Assembly (NCBI GenBank): GCA_045804305.1
Contig: JBJMNM010000511.1
Coordinates: forward strand, 1-33,687
DNA length: 33,687 bases
DNA from: Gemmatimonadaceae bacterium
Lineage (GTDB): Bacteria > Gemmatimonadota > Gemmatimonadetes > Gemmatimonadales > Gemmatimonadaceae
Reading direction: 5' to 3'
The notes beneath the pieces were generated by a model. The model was not told the origin of the DNA. It ran no database searches and saw nothing but the letters and a program-made list of their open reading frames with translations. Both the position numbers and the translations under genes were made by a program. Shown piece by piece: positions 1 through 8,667 of the stretch; position 1 is the stretch's first letter, and every line of letters begins with the position of its first letter.

Positions 1-978
1 CGTCAGCTCCGAGCTGCGCTCCGCGACCAGTGATAGCAGCTCCTTCACGAACGCGTACGTCGCCTTGACGCGCTTCTCGAACGGATCGTGCGAGAAGGCC
101 TCGCTCAGGATGCTGATGCCATTTCGTAGCCCATAGTAGTTCGTGCCGAAGCGCGGCCGGTGGTCGTAGGTGTACCACCCCGTATGCACCGTGTCGGTGC
201 TCACCTCGTTGCCGAACGCGTCGTTGAAGTTCCCGTAGTCGAAGGTCTCATACCCATCGCGAGTGCGCACCCGCGTACGCAGCTCGGCGAGCAGCACCCG
301 CGTGTAGTCGCCGAGTGGCGCCGCGGGATTGAGCGACGGCGAATAGGTGAGCGCGTATCCGTGGAAGCTCCCGTCGGTCGTGTGCAGGTCGACGAAGACG
401 TCGGGCTCCCATGCGTTGAACATCGCGAGGGAGGCCCGCGTCTCCGGGGCTTCGGCCTTCACGTAGTCGCGGTTCAGGTCGAGCCCCTGCGCGTTCGGAC
501 GCTGACCGACGAGCTCCGGGCCGTTCTGCTCCGAGCGCTGCCGCTCCTGCGGCCCGAATCGCTCGTTGCCGTCGGCGTTGTAGATCGGCACGGCGATCAG
601 CACGATGGAGTCGAGCACGTTGGGCCGCTTGGCGAACGCGAGGTCGCGCAGCAGGGCCTGCAGCGCCTCCTTACCCTCGACTTCACCCGCGTGGATGTTC
701 GCCTGCACGTACACGATCGGCTTGCCGGTACGGCGGGCCTGCGCGGGCGTGCGCACGAGCGGCCGCGACGCGATCACGTACGGGATCTCGCGTCCCTCCA
801 CGGTCTTGCCGATGGAGCCGAACGCGTACGGCGCGCCCCGCGCCTTCAGTGAATCCAGAAACACGATGACGTCGGCGTACCGCGAGGTCTCGAGGTAGCC
901 GGACCGTTCGGCCCGCGTGCTCTGCGCCGACGCGACCCGGCTCGCCAGCCCGGCGCACAGCGCGACCGCGGCGAGCAT
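1..978 (-). CDS. Zinc carboxypeptidase, peptidase M14 family (partial, C-terminus runs off the left edge)
   Basis: Absent from the ORF track because there is no stop in the window. My reverse-strand translation from ATG (A at 978) gives MLAAVALCAGLASRVASAQS (signal-like), then VYVQANIHAGEVEGKEA (HxxE zinc motif), LDLNRDY (NR substrate motif) and VFVDLHTTDGSFHGY (third zinc His). Frame ends exactly at base 1 and has high GC3. An alternative GTG start at 1017 adds an RR-containing n-region and overlaps the upstream stop (GTGA). Confidence 0.8.
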   Translation of the reverse strand, partial: MLAAVALCAGLASRVASAQSTRAERSGYLETSRYADVIVFLDSLKARGAPYAFGSIGKTVEGREIPYVIASRPLVRTPAQARRTGKPIVYVQANIHAGEVEGKEALQALLRDLAFAKRPNVLDSIVLIAVPIYNADGNERFGPQERQRSEQNGPELVGQRPNAQGLDLNRDYVKAEAPETRASLAMFNAWEPDVFVDLHTTDGSFHGYALTYSPSLNPAAPLGDYTRVLLAELRTRVRTRDGYETFDYGNFNDAFGNEVSTDTVHTGWYTYDHRPRFGTNYYGLRNGISILSEAFSHDPFEKRVKATYAFVKELLSLVAERSSELT

Positions 979-1013
979 GCAGCCTCGCCGCGGCGCGACA
1001 TCATCAAACCGAA

Positions 1014-3218
1014 TCACAGGTTCTCATTGAGGAAACGGGTCAACGACGTGAACAGGTGCACCGACGTGTTGCCGCCCGAGATGGAGTGCGTGCGGTTCGG
1101 GTAGAGCAGCATGTAGAACGGCTTCCCGGCTGCCTCGAGCTTGTTGGCGAACTGGATCGTGTTCTGCGGATGCACGTTGTCGTCGCCGGTGCCGTGAACG
1201 AGCAGCATTCGCGCCGTCACACCGCTCACGTAGGCCTGCGGCGCGCTCACGCGATAGCCCTCGCGATTCTCCTGCGGCGTCCACATGTAGCGCTCGGTGT
1301 AGATGGTATCGTAGAGGTTCCAGTCCGTCACCGGCGCCACCACGAGGGCGGCCTTGAACACGCTGCCGCCTCGACCGGCGGTCAACGCGCTGAGGTATCC
1401 GCCGTAGCTCCACCCCCAGATGCCGACGCGACTCGCGTCGCCCCAGCTCTGCCGGCCGATCCAACGGGCGACGTCGATCTGATCCTGCGATTCCTTGACG
1501 CCAAGCCGGTATTGCGTGGTCTTGCGGAAGTCGCGCCCTCGCCAGGCGGCGCCGCGGTTGTCCACGCAGACCACCACGTAGCCTTGCTGGGCGAGCATCT
1601 GATGCCAGAGATAGCGCGTGCCGCCCCATGCATCACTCACCTGCGGAGAGGCAGGGCCGCCATACACGTACATGAGCACGGGATACTTCTTCGTGCTGTC
1701 GAAGCTCGCCGGAACGATCCGATACCCGTCGAGCTGCGTGCCATCGGGCATCGGGACCTTGATGAACTGCGCGGGACGCATGGCGACCTGCCCCAGCCGC
1801 GCCTTGAGCGGTGCGTTGTCCTGCAGCACGCGCACCACGCTCATGGAGGGGAGCGCGTGGAGCGTGGCAACGGCCGGTGATGCGATCGTGCTGTGGATGT
1901 CGACGGCGTACTTCGCATCCGGGCTGATGCTCACCGTGTGTGTGCCCGGCTGCGTGGTCACGCGCGTCATCGGTCCACCTCTCAACGAGACGCGGTAGAC
2001 GTTGCGCTCCATCGGCGTCGGCGCAGCGGCGCTCACGTACACGTCGCCGGTCGTCTCGTCCACACCCAGCACGCCGAGGACGTCCATGCCGTCGGTGGTG
2101 AGCTGGCGGACGACGTTCCCGTCGCGTCCGTAGAGAAAGAGCTGGCGCCACCCCGTACGATCCGAGAGCCAGAGGAACTGGCGCTGGCTCGAGCCGATCC
2201 AGCGCAGGTCCCCGTTCTCGACGTCGACGTAGGCCGAGTCGTGATCGGACATCACCGTCCGACCTCGGCCCGTCGCGGCGCTGAGGAGCAGGACATCCAC
2301 CCGATCCTGCTTGCGCGGCAGCCGCTGCACGGCCAGCGAGTCGCTGCCCACCCACTCCATGCGCGCGAAGTACTGGCCCGTGTCGGGTCCGACGTCGAGC
2401 CAGGTCCTGCCCCTGGAGGCGAGGCTGATGACACCCACCCTCACGCGCGCGTTCGGCTGGCCCGCCTTGGGATAGCGCAGCGTGGCCACCTTGGGGTACA
2501 CGTCACCCGTCTCGTTGACGATCGGCATCGCCGGCACCGCGCTCTGATCGAAGCGCCAGAAGGCGATGCGTCGGGAGTCGGGGCTCCAGCGGAAGGCGTC
2601 GCGGAGGCCGAGCTCCTCCTCATACACCCAATCGGTGGTGCCGTTGATGATGCTCTCGCTGCCATCGGTCGTGAGCTGCTCCTCTCGGCCGGTCGCGATG
2701 TCGGTGACGAAGATGTTGTTGTCGCGGACGAATCCGACCTTCCGCCCGTCGGGCGAGACCTTCGCGAACATCTGCAGCCCCGGCTTCACGGAGACGGGCG
2801 TGAGCCTGGCCGTCCGGAAGTCGAACACGTGGAAGATGCCGCGGGTGTTCTGGCGCCACACTTGGACGGAGTTGTGGAAGAGGATCGCGATCTGCTCGTC
2901 GCCGCTCAGCGAGAGCTCCTCTACGGCGAGCGATTTTCCATCCGCGGCGAGCTGGTCGGCTTTCGCGAGCACCGTCTCCCTCCCTGTCGCGATATCCACC
3001 TTCACCAGCTCGGTGCCGCCGTCCTTGGCCGGCCGCGCGTCGATGTAGGAACTCCCGGAGCGGAGCCACGCCGGCTGCGGGATGGGGCCGCCGCGGAAGT
3101 CCGGCGAGGCGAAGATCCGCTCGACGGTGATCCGGCTCGGGTCACCGGTAGTCTGCGCGCCGAGCGGAGCAAGGGCCGCGAGACCGAGCGCGAGCGCGGG
3201 GAGACGGTGGAGATGCAT
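1014..3218 (-). CDS. Dipeptidyl-peptidase IV family serine peptidase (S9B), secreted
   Basis: 734-aa ORF. Signal peptide MHLHRLPALALGLAALAPLGAQ, long DPP-IV-type N-terminal propeller region, and C-terminal S9 catalytic domain with nucleophile elbow GWSYGG, Asp in HGTGDDNVH and His in NRTHSI. Confidence 0.93.
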   Translation of the reverse strand: MHLHRLPALALGLAALAPLGAQTTGDPSRITVERIFASPDFRGGPIPQPAWLRSGSSYIDARPAKDGGTELVKVDIATGRETVLAKADQLAADGKSLAVEELSLSGDEQIAILFHNSVQVWRQNTRGIFHVFDFRTARLTPVSVKPGLQMFAKVSPDGRKVGFVRDNNIFVTDIATGREEQLTTDGSESIINGTTDWVYEEELGLRDAFRWSPDSRRIAFWRFDQSAVPAMPIVNETGDVYPKVATLRYPKAGQPNARVRVGVISLASRGRTWLDVGPDTGQYFARMEWVGSDSLAVQRLPRKQDRVDVLLLSAATGRGRTVMSDHDSAYVDVENGDLRWIGSSQRQFLWLSDRTGWRQLFLYGRDGNVVRQLTTDGMDVLGVLGVDETTGDVYVSAAAPTPMERNVYRVSLRGGPMTRVTTQPGTHTVSISPDAKYAVDIHSTIASPAVATLHALPSMSVVRVLQDNAPLKARLGQVAMRPAQFIKVPMPDGTQLDGYRIVPASFDSTKKYPVLMYVYGGPASPQVSDAWGGTRYLWHQMLAQQGYVVVCVDNRGAAWRGRDFRKTTQYRLGVKESQDQIDVARWIGRQSWGDASRVGIWGWSYGGYLSALTAGRGGSVFKAALVVAPVTDWNLYDTIYTERYMWTPQENREGYRVSAPQAYVSGVTARMLLVHGTGDDNVHPQNTIQFANKLEAAGKPFYMLLYPNRTHSISGGNTSVHLFTSLTRFLNENL

Positions 3219-3287
3219 GAAAGAGAGTGAAGGTTGTGGGAGAGGAATGGTACCCCGGGGGACGGCGGAAGGGTACGACGGTTAAAG

Positions 3288-3393
3288 GGTGAGACGGTGA
3301 GACGGTGAGACGGGAACGGCAAAGGCACACCGGACCGAGTCTGGTGTGCCTTGCAGTTCACGGTCTCACGGTCTCACCGTCTCACCGTCTCAC
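3288..3393. repeat. Composite inverted repeat built from tandem octamers (3x GGTGAGAC on the left, 4x CSGTCTCA on the right) flanking a central hairpin
   Basis: Units read directly: GGTGAGAC at 3288-3295, 3296-3303 and 3304-3311; CGGTCTCA at 3361-3368 and 3369-3376; CCGTCTCA at 3377-3384 and 3385-3392. Bases 3289-3311 are the perfect reverse complement of 3371-3393 (23 bp). The right arm contains the stop codon of the 3390..4022 gene. Confidence 0.85.
3324..3350 (-). terminator. GC-rich hairpin, candidate intrinsic terminator of the ECF-sigma operon
   Basis: GGCACACCGGAC (3324-3335), loop CGA, GTCTGGTGTGCC (3339-3350): a 12-bp stem with one G-U pair. On the minus strand it is followed by TTTGCCGTT, so only a short U-run. 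It lies between the stop of 3390..4022 and the start of the DPP-IV gene. Confidence 0.4.
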
Positions 3394-4022
3394 ATCTTCT
3401 CCTCCGGCTTATCCGAGTCCGGCTTGGACGGGACCGCGCCTTTCGCGCGCGTCTCGGCGGCGGCGGCCGGTGGAGCGCCCTGCTGGATGTCTTCGCTCAC
3501 GTTGCGCTGGAATTTGTTGATGTCCGCGTCGCGCGCACCGGCGCCGACCAGGGAGCGCACGGCATTGGCGGCCGTGGAGACCGGCACGCCGCGCGATACG
3601 ATGTCGGCGAGCACGGTGAAGGGCAGCGTGAGCGACCGGCGCAGCTTGCTCTCCTTCTTCATCTTGCCCAGCTCGACGGCCGGAACGCCGGCGTGCACGG
3701 CCGACGCCGCCGCCTTGATCTCGTCGGCGCTGGCCACCGTGCCGAGCGCGCGGTGCGCGCTGGCCATCTCGGTCGTGAGCGAGCGGACGGCGGCGACGAT
3801 CTTGGGACCGTCGGCACCCTTGGCCACGGCCTCGTACATCTTCTCGAACAGAGGCTCGGTGGGAATCCCCTGGGCTCGTGCCGAATCCACCAGCGCGGCG
3901 AGCGCGGCGCGGGTCGGTGCGTCGAGACGATTCCCGATACGGGGATCCTGAGCGCCCGATGAGACGAACGCCGCGCACGTCAGTGCGAGCGCGATGAGTC
4001 CACGGGCTGGCCGGCTGGTCAT
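3390..4022 (-). CDS. Hypothetical secreted alpha-helical protein, last gene of the ECF-sigma operon
   Basis: 210-aa ORF with signal peptide MTSRPARGLIALALTCAAFVSSGAQD. ATGA overlap with the upstream gene (4019-4022). High GC3. I recognise no family. Pro/Lys/Glu-rich C-terminal tail. Confidence 0.7.
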   Translation of the reverse strand: MTSRPARGLIALALTCAAFVSSGAQDPRIGNRLDAPTRAALAALVDSARAQGIPTEPLFEKMYEAVAKGADGPKIVAAVRSLTTEMASAHRALGTVASADEIKAAASAVHAGVPAVELGKMKKESKLRRSLTLPFTVLADIVSRGVPVSTAANAVRSLVGAGARDADINKFQRNVSEDIQQGAPPAAAAETRAKGAVPSKPDSDKPEEKM

Positions 4023-4552
4023 TTGGTGCTGTCCTCGACGACGAGTGCGCTGCTGGGCATGCCGAAGTCGTCGCCCGCAGAACGCGGAGCGCTCGGATCA
4101 GCTACCCACTGCTTACCGTTCACCACGAAGGCGTAACGGTGGACACCGGCCGGGACCGGTGCTGTGACGCTCCACACACCCTGATGATTCGTGGCGACCA
4201 GCGCGGTGTCGCCCAGCCCCCAATCGTTGAAATCACCGACGACGGCCACGCTCTCCGCGTTCGGCGCGACGAGTACGAACTGCACCGGCTCCATCGGCAC
4301 CGCCGGCTTGTGCGGCTTGCCGCGCAGCATGCCCATCGCCGCGACCGCCACGACACTCGCGGCAACCGCGGCGGCCCAACCAGGATGATGCGTGATGCGC
4401 GAGGCCACGCCGAGCCATCCACGGCTCCGGCGTTGAGCGTGCAGCCGCCGCACCCGCACCATCACGCGGCGATCGAACGCCTCGTCGATGCGGACCGGGT
4501 GCTGTAGCTCTTCGACAATCAGCTCGAGTGTTGTCCGACCCCACTCAGGCAC
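4019..4552 (-). CDS. Single-pass membrane protein with C-terminal CBM48/AMPK-beta glycogen-binding-like domain; putative anti-sigma factor by position
   Basis: 177-aa ORF with a GTG start overlapping the sigma gene stop by 8 nt. Short cytoplasmic N-terminus, TM GWAAAVAASVVAVAAMGML, then VQFVLVAPNAESVAVVGDFNDWGLGD...GVWSVTAPVPAGVHRYAFVVNGKQWVADPSAP, which matches the FNxW...GxHxYKFxVxGxWxxDP pattern of AMPK1_CBM/CBM48. No zf-HC2 motif seen. Confidence 0.7.
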   Translation of the reverse strand: MPEWGRTTLELIVEELQHPVRIDEAFDRRVMVRVRRLHAQRRSRGWLGVASRITHHPGWAAAVAASVVAVAAMGMLRGKPHKPAVPMEPVQFVLVAPNAESVAVVGDFNDWGLGDTALVATNHQGVWSVTAPVPAGVHRYAFVVNGKQWVADPSAPRSAGDDFGMPSSALVVEDSTK

Positions 4553-5087
4553 TGTGAACCTCCCGCAACAATGTGCGCAGCCGATCGCAGGCGCGCATGA
4601 CTCTCATCTTCAATGCCGAGACACCAACGCCGGTGATCTCAGACATCTCGTCGTACCCCAGCTCCTCTACGTACTTCAGCAGAAACGCTTCTCGTTGGTC
4701 CGGGCTGAGCTCGCCAAGCGCTCGCTCGATCTCCTCCCGCCACATCGTCTGCTCCGCCGGATGCTCCTGCGAAGCTTTCATCAAGGCGCCTTCGTCGTGC
4801 ACGAACGTCTGTCCTCTGCGCACGCGCCGTGCCCCAGTCGTCCGACACCGGTTCACGAGGATGCGAAACAGCCAGGCGCCAAAGCGCTCGGGCTCCTCGC
4901 ACCGCGCGAGCGACCGGTAAGCGCGCGTGAAGGCGTCCTGCAAGGCCTCTTCCGCGTCTTCCCGATTGCCGAGCATGTGGACCGCGTACCGGGCATACCT
5001 GTCCCGGTATCGCGAGACGAGCGCGCCGTACGCGTTCACGTCGCCGTGCAGCACCCGTGTAACGAGGGCCGCGTCCGTGCTCTCCAT
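4545..5087 (-). CDS. ECF-type RNA polymerase sigma-70 family factor
   Basis: Region 2 (NREDAEEALQDAFTRAYRSL...FGAWLFRILVNRC) and region 4 HTH (YVEELGYDEMSEITGVGVSALKMRVMRACDRLR). The track start is TTG at 5108. I prefer ATG at 5087, preceded by GAAGG about 10 nt upstream. Confidence 0.9.
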   Translation of the reverse strand: MESTDAALVTRVLHGDVNAYGALVSRYRDRYARYAVHMLGNREDAEEALQDAFTRAYRSLARCEEPERFGAWLFRILVNRCRTTGARRVRRGQTFVHDEGALMKASQEHPAEQTMWREEIERALGELSPDQREAFLLKYVEELGYDEMSEITGVGVSALKMRVMRACDRLRTLLREVHSA

Positions 5088-5194
5088 ACCGTCTGGACCT
5101 TCGGTCAAATCACACCGTCACAGTCACTAAGGGCCTACGAGCCGTCCCACGGCCGCCCGTCTCATCAAACTATGGCAAAGGGTGCTCGGCCGCT

Positions 5195-7348
5195 CTAGGG
5201 CAATGGGTGCCCATGTGCTGGATAGAAACGCTTGTTTGCCCTCGCTTGTTCCACCAGCAGGCGCGCCGGGGTGAAGCGCCCCGGAAAGCGGTCGTCCAAC
5301 GCCTCCAGCTCGTCCACGATCCGCGCCGCGCCAACCGTGTCCACATACCGGAAGGGGCCGCCGCGAAAGGGCGGAAAGCCGATCCCGAACACCGCCCCCA
5401 CGTCACCATCCCGCGGCGACCGGAGCACCCCCTCCTCCAGACAGAGCAGGGCTTCGTTTACCATGGCGAGAACGCACCGCTGTTGGATCTCCCAGGGGTC
5501 CATCTCCCGCCGCACCCCACCGTTCGGAAGCAGATCGTAGACCGTCGCGTCGACCTCCCCTTTGGTGCCCGATTCGTCATAGCGGTAGAAGCCCGACTTT
5601 CCCTTCCGACCCGTCCGGCCCGACTCCACCACCCGGCGCAGCGACTCGCTCGGTGTGACGCGCGATCCGAAGGCCTCGCCGAGCACCTGACCCACCTTCC
5701 CGCCGACATCGATGCCGACTTCGTCGAGCAGGGTGATGGGGCCGACGGGGAAACCGAAATCGACGAGCGCCTTGTCGATCGACTCGATGGACGCCCCTTC
5801 GTCGAGCAGGCGCCCCGCCTCGTTCATGTATGCCGAGAGGGCGCGCGTGGTGTAGAAGCCCGGCCCGTCGTTCACGACGATCACCGTCTTGCCGAGCGTC
5901 TTGCCGTAGGCCACCGCGGTCACGATGGCGTCCTTGTCGGTGCGCGGCGTGACGACCACCTCGAGCAGGGGCATCTTGTGCACGGGCGAGAAGAAATGCA
6001 TGCCCAGCACGCGGCCCGGCCGCGACGACGCCTCGGCGATGCGCGCGATCGGGATCGTGCTCGTGTTGGAGGCGTACACGGCACCCGGCTCGAGCACCGG
6101 CTCCGCCTCGCGTAGCACCCGATGCTTGAGCGGCAGGTCCTCGAACACCGCCTCGATCACGAGCCCGGCGTGGCCGAAGCCGGAGTAGTCCGTGGTACCG
6201 CCCGCGAGCAGCAGCTGATCCTCGTACTGGAGCCGCGTGATCTGTCGTTTCTTCAGGCGCTCCTTGAGCACGTCGCTCACGGCGGCGAGTCCTTTCCCGA
6301 CGCGTGCCGGATCGGTGTCCTTGAGACGGACCGGCGTGTCCTGCTGCACGGCGACCGACGTGATGCCCGCTCCCATGAAGCCGGCGCCAATGACACCGAG
6401 CGTCTCTATACGCCGGGGCTCGGGCGCCGATCCGGTCACGCCGGGATCTTTCTTGAGCGCGCTCGTAGCGAAGAAGAGGAAGATGAGCTGCTTCGTGACC
6501 TCGCTCATCGCCATCTCGCCGAACAGGCGCGCCTCCTCGCGATACCCCTTCTCGCGACTGGAGTAGCCGGCCTGCACGGCGTCGATCGCCGCGAGCGGCG
6601 CGGGATAGTGTCCGTGCGTCTTCTCGAGCACGCCTTCGCGCGCCTTCTTGAACACGACGGCTCGTCCAAGAGGATTGGCCTCGAGCAGCGCGCTCGCGGC
6701 GCCACGACCGTTGCGGCCGCGGCGATCGAGCGAGTTGTCGGCGAGCTTGCGCGCACGGTCGATGGCGACGTCGATCAGGATCGCGGGATGCACCAGCTCG
6801 TCGACGAGGCCCATCTGGAACGCCTTCTTCGCGCGCATGTTGCGACTGGTGAGGATCATGTCGAGCGCGTTCTGGAGACCGATGAGCCGAGGCGTCCGCT
6901 GCGTCCCGCCCGCGCCGGGTATGAGGCCGAGCTGTACTTCGGGAAACGCGAGCACCGTCTTGGCGTGGTCCGACGCGACGCGATAGCGGCAGGCGAGCGC
7001 CGTCTCGAGCCCGCCACCGAGACACGCGCCGTGGATGGCCGCCACGACCGGCAGCCGCATCGACTCGAGGCGCGCGAGCAGCGCCTGGCCGTTCTTGCTC
7101 AGCGCCTCCGCTTCGGCGGCCGTGCGCAGCGTGAGGAACTCGTCGATGTCCGCGCCCGCGATCCAGGTATCCGGCTTGCCCGACGCGAGGACGACGCCGC
7201 GCACCGTCGAATCGCCCTCGAGGCGCTCGAACATCTCGGCGAAGTCGACGCGGAGCGCCCCGGTGACCTTGTTCACCGGCTCGCCGGGCAGATCGATTGT
7301 GATGACGGCGATGCCGTCCACGAGCTCGAGGTTGAGGGCGGACGTCAT
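5195..7348 (-). CDS. fadJ: Fatty-acid oxidation complex alpha subunit: enoyl-CoA hydratase / 3-hydroxyacyl-CoA dehydrogenase
   Basis: 717 aa. N-terminal crotonase fold (VVAAIHGACLGGGLETALACRY), central NAD-binding 3HCDH domain (LGVIGAGFMGAGI) and C-terminal 3HCDH_C repeats. ATGA overlap with the upstream thiolase gene. Confidence 0.93.
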   Translation of the reverse strand: MTSALNLELVDGIAVITIDLPGEPVNKVTGALRVDFAEMFERLEGDSTVRGVVLASGKPDTWIAGADIDEFLTLRTAAEAEALSKNGQALLARLESMRLPVVAAIHGACLGGGLETALACRYRVASDHAKTVLAFPEVQLGLIPGAGGTQRTPRLIGLQNALDMILTSRNMRAKKAFQMGLVDELVHPAILIDVAIDRARKLADNSLDRRGRNGRGAASALLEANPLGRAVVFKKAREGVLEKTHGHYPAPLAAIDAVQAGYSSREKGYREEARLFGEMAMSEVTKQLIFLFFATSALKKDPGVTGSAPEPRRIETLGVIGAGFMGAGITSVAVQQDTPVRLKDTDPARVGKGLAAVSDVLKERLKKRQITRLQYEDQLLLAGGTTDYSGFGHAGLVIEAVFEDLPLKHRVLREAEPVLEPGAVYASNTSTIPIARIAEASSRPGRVLGMHFFSPVHKMPLLEVVVTPRTDKDAIVTAVAYGKTLGKTVIVVNDGPGFYTTRALSAYMNEAGRLLDEGASIESIDKALVDFGFPVGPITLLDEVGIDVGGKVGQVLGEAFGSRVTPSESLRRVVESGRTGRKGKSGFYRYDESGTKGEVDATVYDLLPNGGVRREMDPWEIQQRCVLAMVNEALLCLEEGVLRSPRDGDVGAVFGIGFPPFRGGPFRYVDTVGAARIVDELEALDDRFPGRFTPARLLVEQARANKRFYPAHGHPLP

Positions 7349-8640
7349 ACTCTCTCGATCACCATGGCATGTCCCATCCCGCCCGCGGCGCAGACGGTCA
7401 TGAGCCCGAATTGAGCGTCGCGGCGGGCCAGCTCGTTGGCGAGCGTCATGAGGATCCGTCCTCCAGTCGCACCGAACGGATGACCGATGGCGATGGACCC
7501 GCCCATCACGTTGAGCTTGGCGCGGTCCACTTCACCCACCGGCTCGCTGAAGCCGGCCCGCTCCGCCCACTGCTGCGACTCGAAGCCATGCAGGTTGCAC
7601 AGCACCTGTGCGGCGAACGCCTCGTGCATCTCGATGAGGTCGATGTCGGCGAGCGAAAGCCCGGCGCGCTGGAGCGCGACCGGTGCAGCCAGCACGGGTC
7701 CCATGAGGAGCTGCTCGCCGGGATCGAGCGCCGCGTAGCTGTAGCTCCGAATGAACGCGATCGGCGTGTACCCGAGCGACGTGGCCATCTCCTCGCTCAT
7801 CAGGAGCACGGCGCTGGCGCCGTCGGTGAGCGGGGACGAGTTACCCGCCGTGACCGTGCCGTACTTGCGGTCGAACACCGGCTTGAGCGCGCGCAGCTGC
7901 TCCATCGACGTATCGGAGCGAATACCGTTGTCCGACGTCATCGCCTCGAACTTCGGCGGCACGTACACCGGCGCGATCTCGGCCGTGAGCCGTCCGTCCT
8001 CGGTGCCCGCGGCGGCGAGCCGATGCGAGCGCAACGCGAAGTGATCCTGATGCTCGCGTGGAATGCCGTTGATCTTCGCCATCTTCTCCGCCGACTCGCC
8101 CATCGTCTCGCCGGTGGACGGTTCCGCGATGGCCGGCGTGATCGGGACGAGATCGCGCGGGCGGACCTTGGCGAGGGCGCGCACGCGTCCGCCGAGGGTC
8201 TTGGCCTTGGACGCGGTGACGAGCGCCTCGCTCATGCCGCGCGAGTGGAGGATCGGCACGTTGGACAGCGATTCCGCGCCGCCCGCGATGACGACATCGG
8301 CATGCCCGAGCACGATCTGGTCGGCGCCGTCCGTGATGGCCTGGTTGGCCGAGGCACAGGCGCGGCTCACGGTGAACGACTGCACGCCCTTCGGCAGCAT
8401 CGGGAGCAGCGAGACCTCGCGCGCGATGTTCGGCGCGAGCACCGAGGGGACGACGGTGCCATACACGACGGCGTCGACGAGCTTGCCGTCGATCTCGCTG
8501 CGCTGAATGAGCTCAGCGACCGCGCGCTTGCCCAGCTCGATGGCGGAGAGCGACTTCAGCGTCGTTCCGGATCGAGCGAAGGGAGTCCGAAGCCCCGCGA
8601 CGATCGCGACGCGGCGGCCGCGGGAGACGGTAGTAGACAT
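7345..8640 (-). CDS. fadI: Acetyl-CoA C-acyltransferase (3-ketoacyl-CoA thiolase), FadI-like
   Basis: 431 aa. Thiolase fold with active-site Cys region (VSRACASANQAI), C-terminal NxxGGxIAxGHPxGATG (NVMGGSIAIGHPFGATGGR) and CAAGGMG. Operon partner of fadJ. Confidence 0.93.
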   Translation of the reverse strand: MSTTVSRGRRVAIVAGLRTPFARSGTTLKSLSAIELGKRAVAELIQRSEIDGKLVDAVVYGTVVPSVLAPNIAREVSLLPMLPKGVQSFTVSRACASANQAITDGADQIVLGHADVVIAGGAESLSNVPILHSRGMSEALVTASKAKTLGGRVRALAKVRPRDLVPITPAIAEPSTGETMGESAEKMAKINGIPREHQDHFALRSHRLAAAGTEDGRLTAEIAPVYVPPKFEAMTSDNGIRSDTSMEQLRALKPVFDRKYGTVTAGNSSPLTDGASAVLLMSEEMATSLGYTPIAFIRSYSYAALDPGEQLLMGPVLAAPVALQRAGLSLADIDLIEMHEAFAAQVLCNLHGFESQQWAERAGFSEPVGEVDRAKLNVMGGSIAIGHPFGATGGRILMTLANELARRDAQFGLMTVCAAGGMGHAMVIERV

Positions 8641-8667
8641 GAATAAACCTACGTGTCGCCAAGGGCG

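Noticed and set aside
160-852. Plus-strand 230-aa ORF, and other ORFs inside 1..978
   Set aside because: They are antisense or alternate-frame to the M14 carboxypeptidase, which has clear catalytic motifs on the minus strand.
1893-3230. 445-aa plus-strand ORF, plus the 1056..1880, 1633..2355 and 2566..3048 ORFs
   Set aside because: All are alternate frames of the DPP-IV gene, with Arg/His/Gly-rich low-complexity translations and no motifs.
3288-3393. Possible CRISPR array or insertion-sequence remnant
   Set aside because: The repeat units are only 8 nt with no spacers, so this is not CRISPR. The 23-bp inverted arms enclose just 59 nt with no ORF, so it is not an IS. A MITE/REP-like repeat remains possible and is kept as a finding.
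5109-5194. ECF-type promoter (AAC-N16-CGT) upstream of the first ECF sigma
   Set aside because: I could not find a convincing -35 GAAC / -10 CGTC pair with proper spacing in the 86-nt spacer, so no promoter is called.
5577-8646. Long alternate-frame ORFs over fadJ/fadI (5577..7025 minus, 6122..7414 plus, 7369..8646 plus)
   Set aside because: The fadJ and fadI frames have unambiguous family motifs. The others show the R/G/A/H-rich composition typical of off-frame high-GC sequence.
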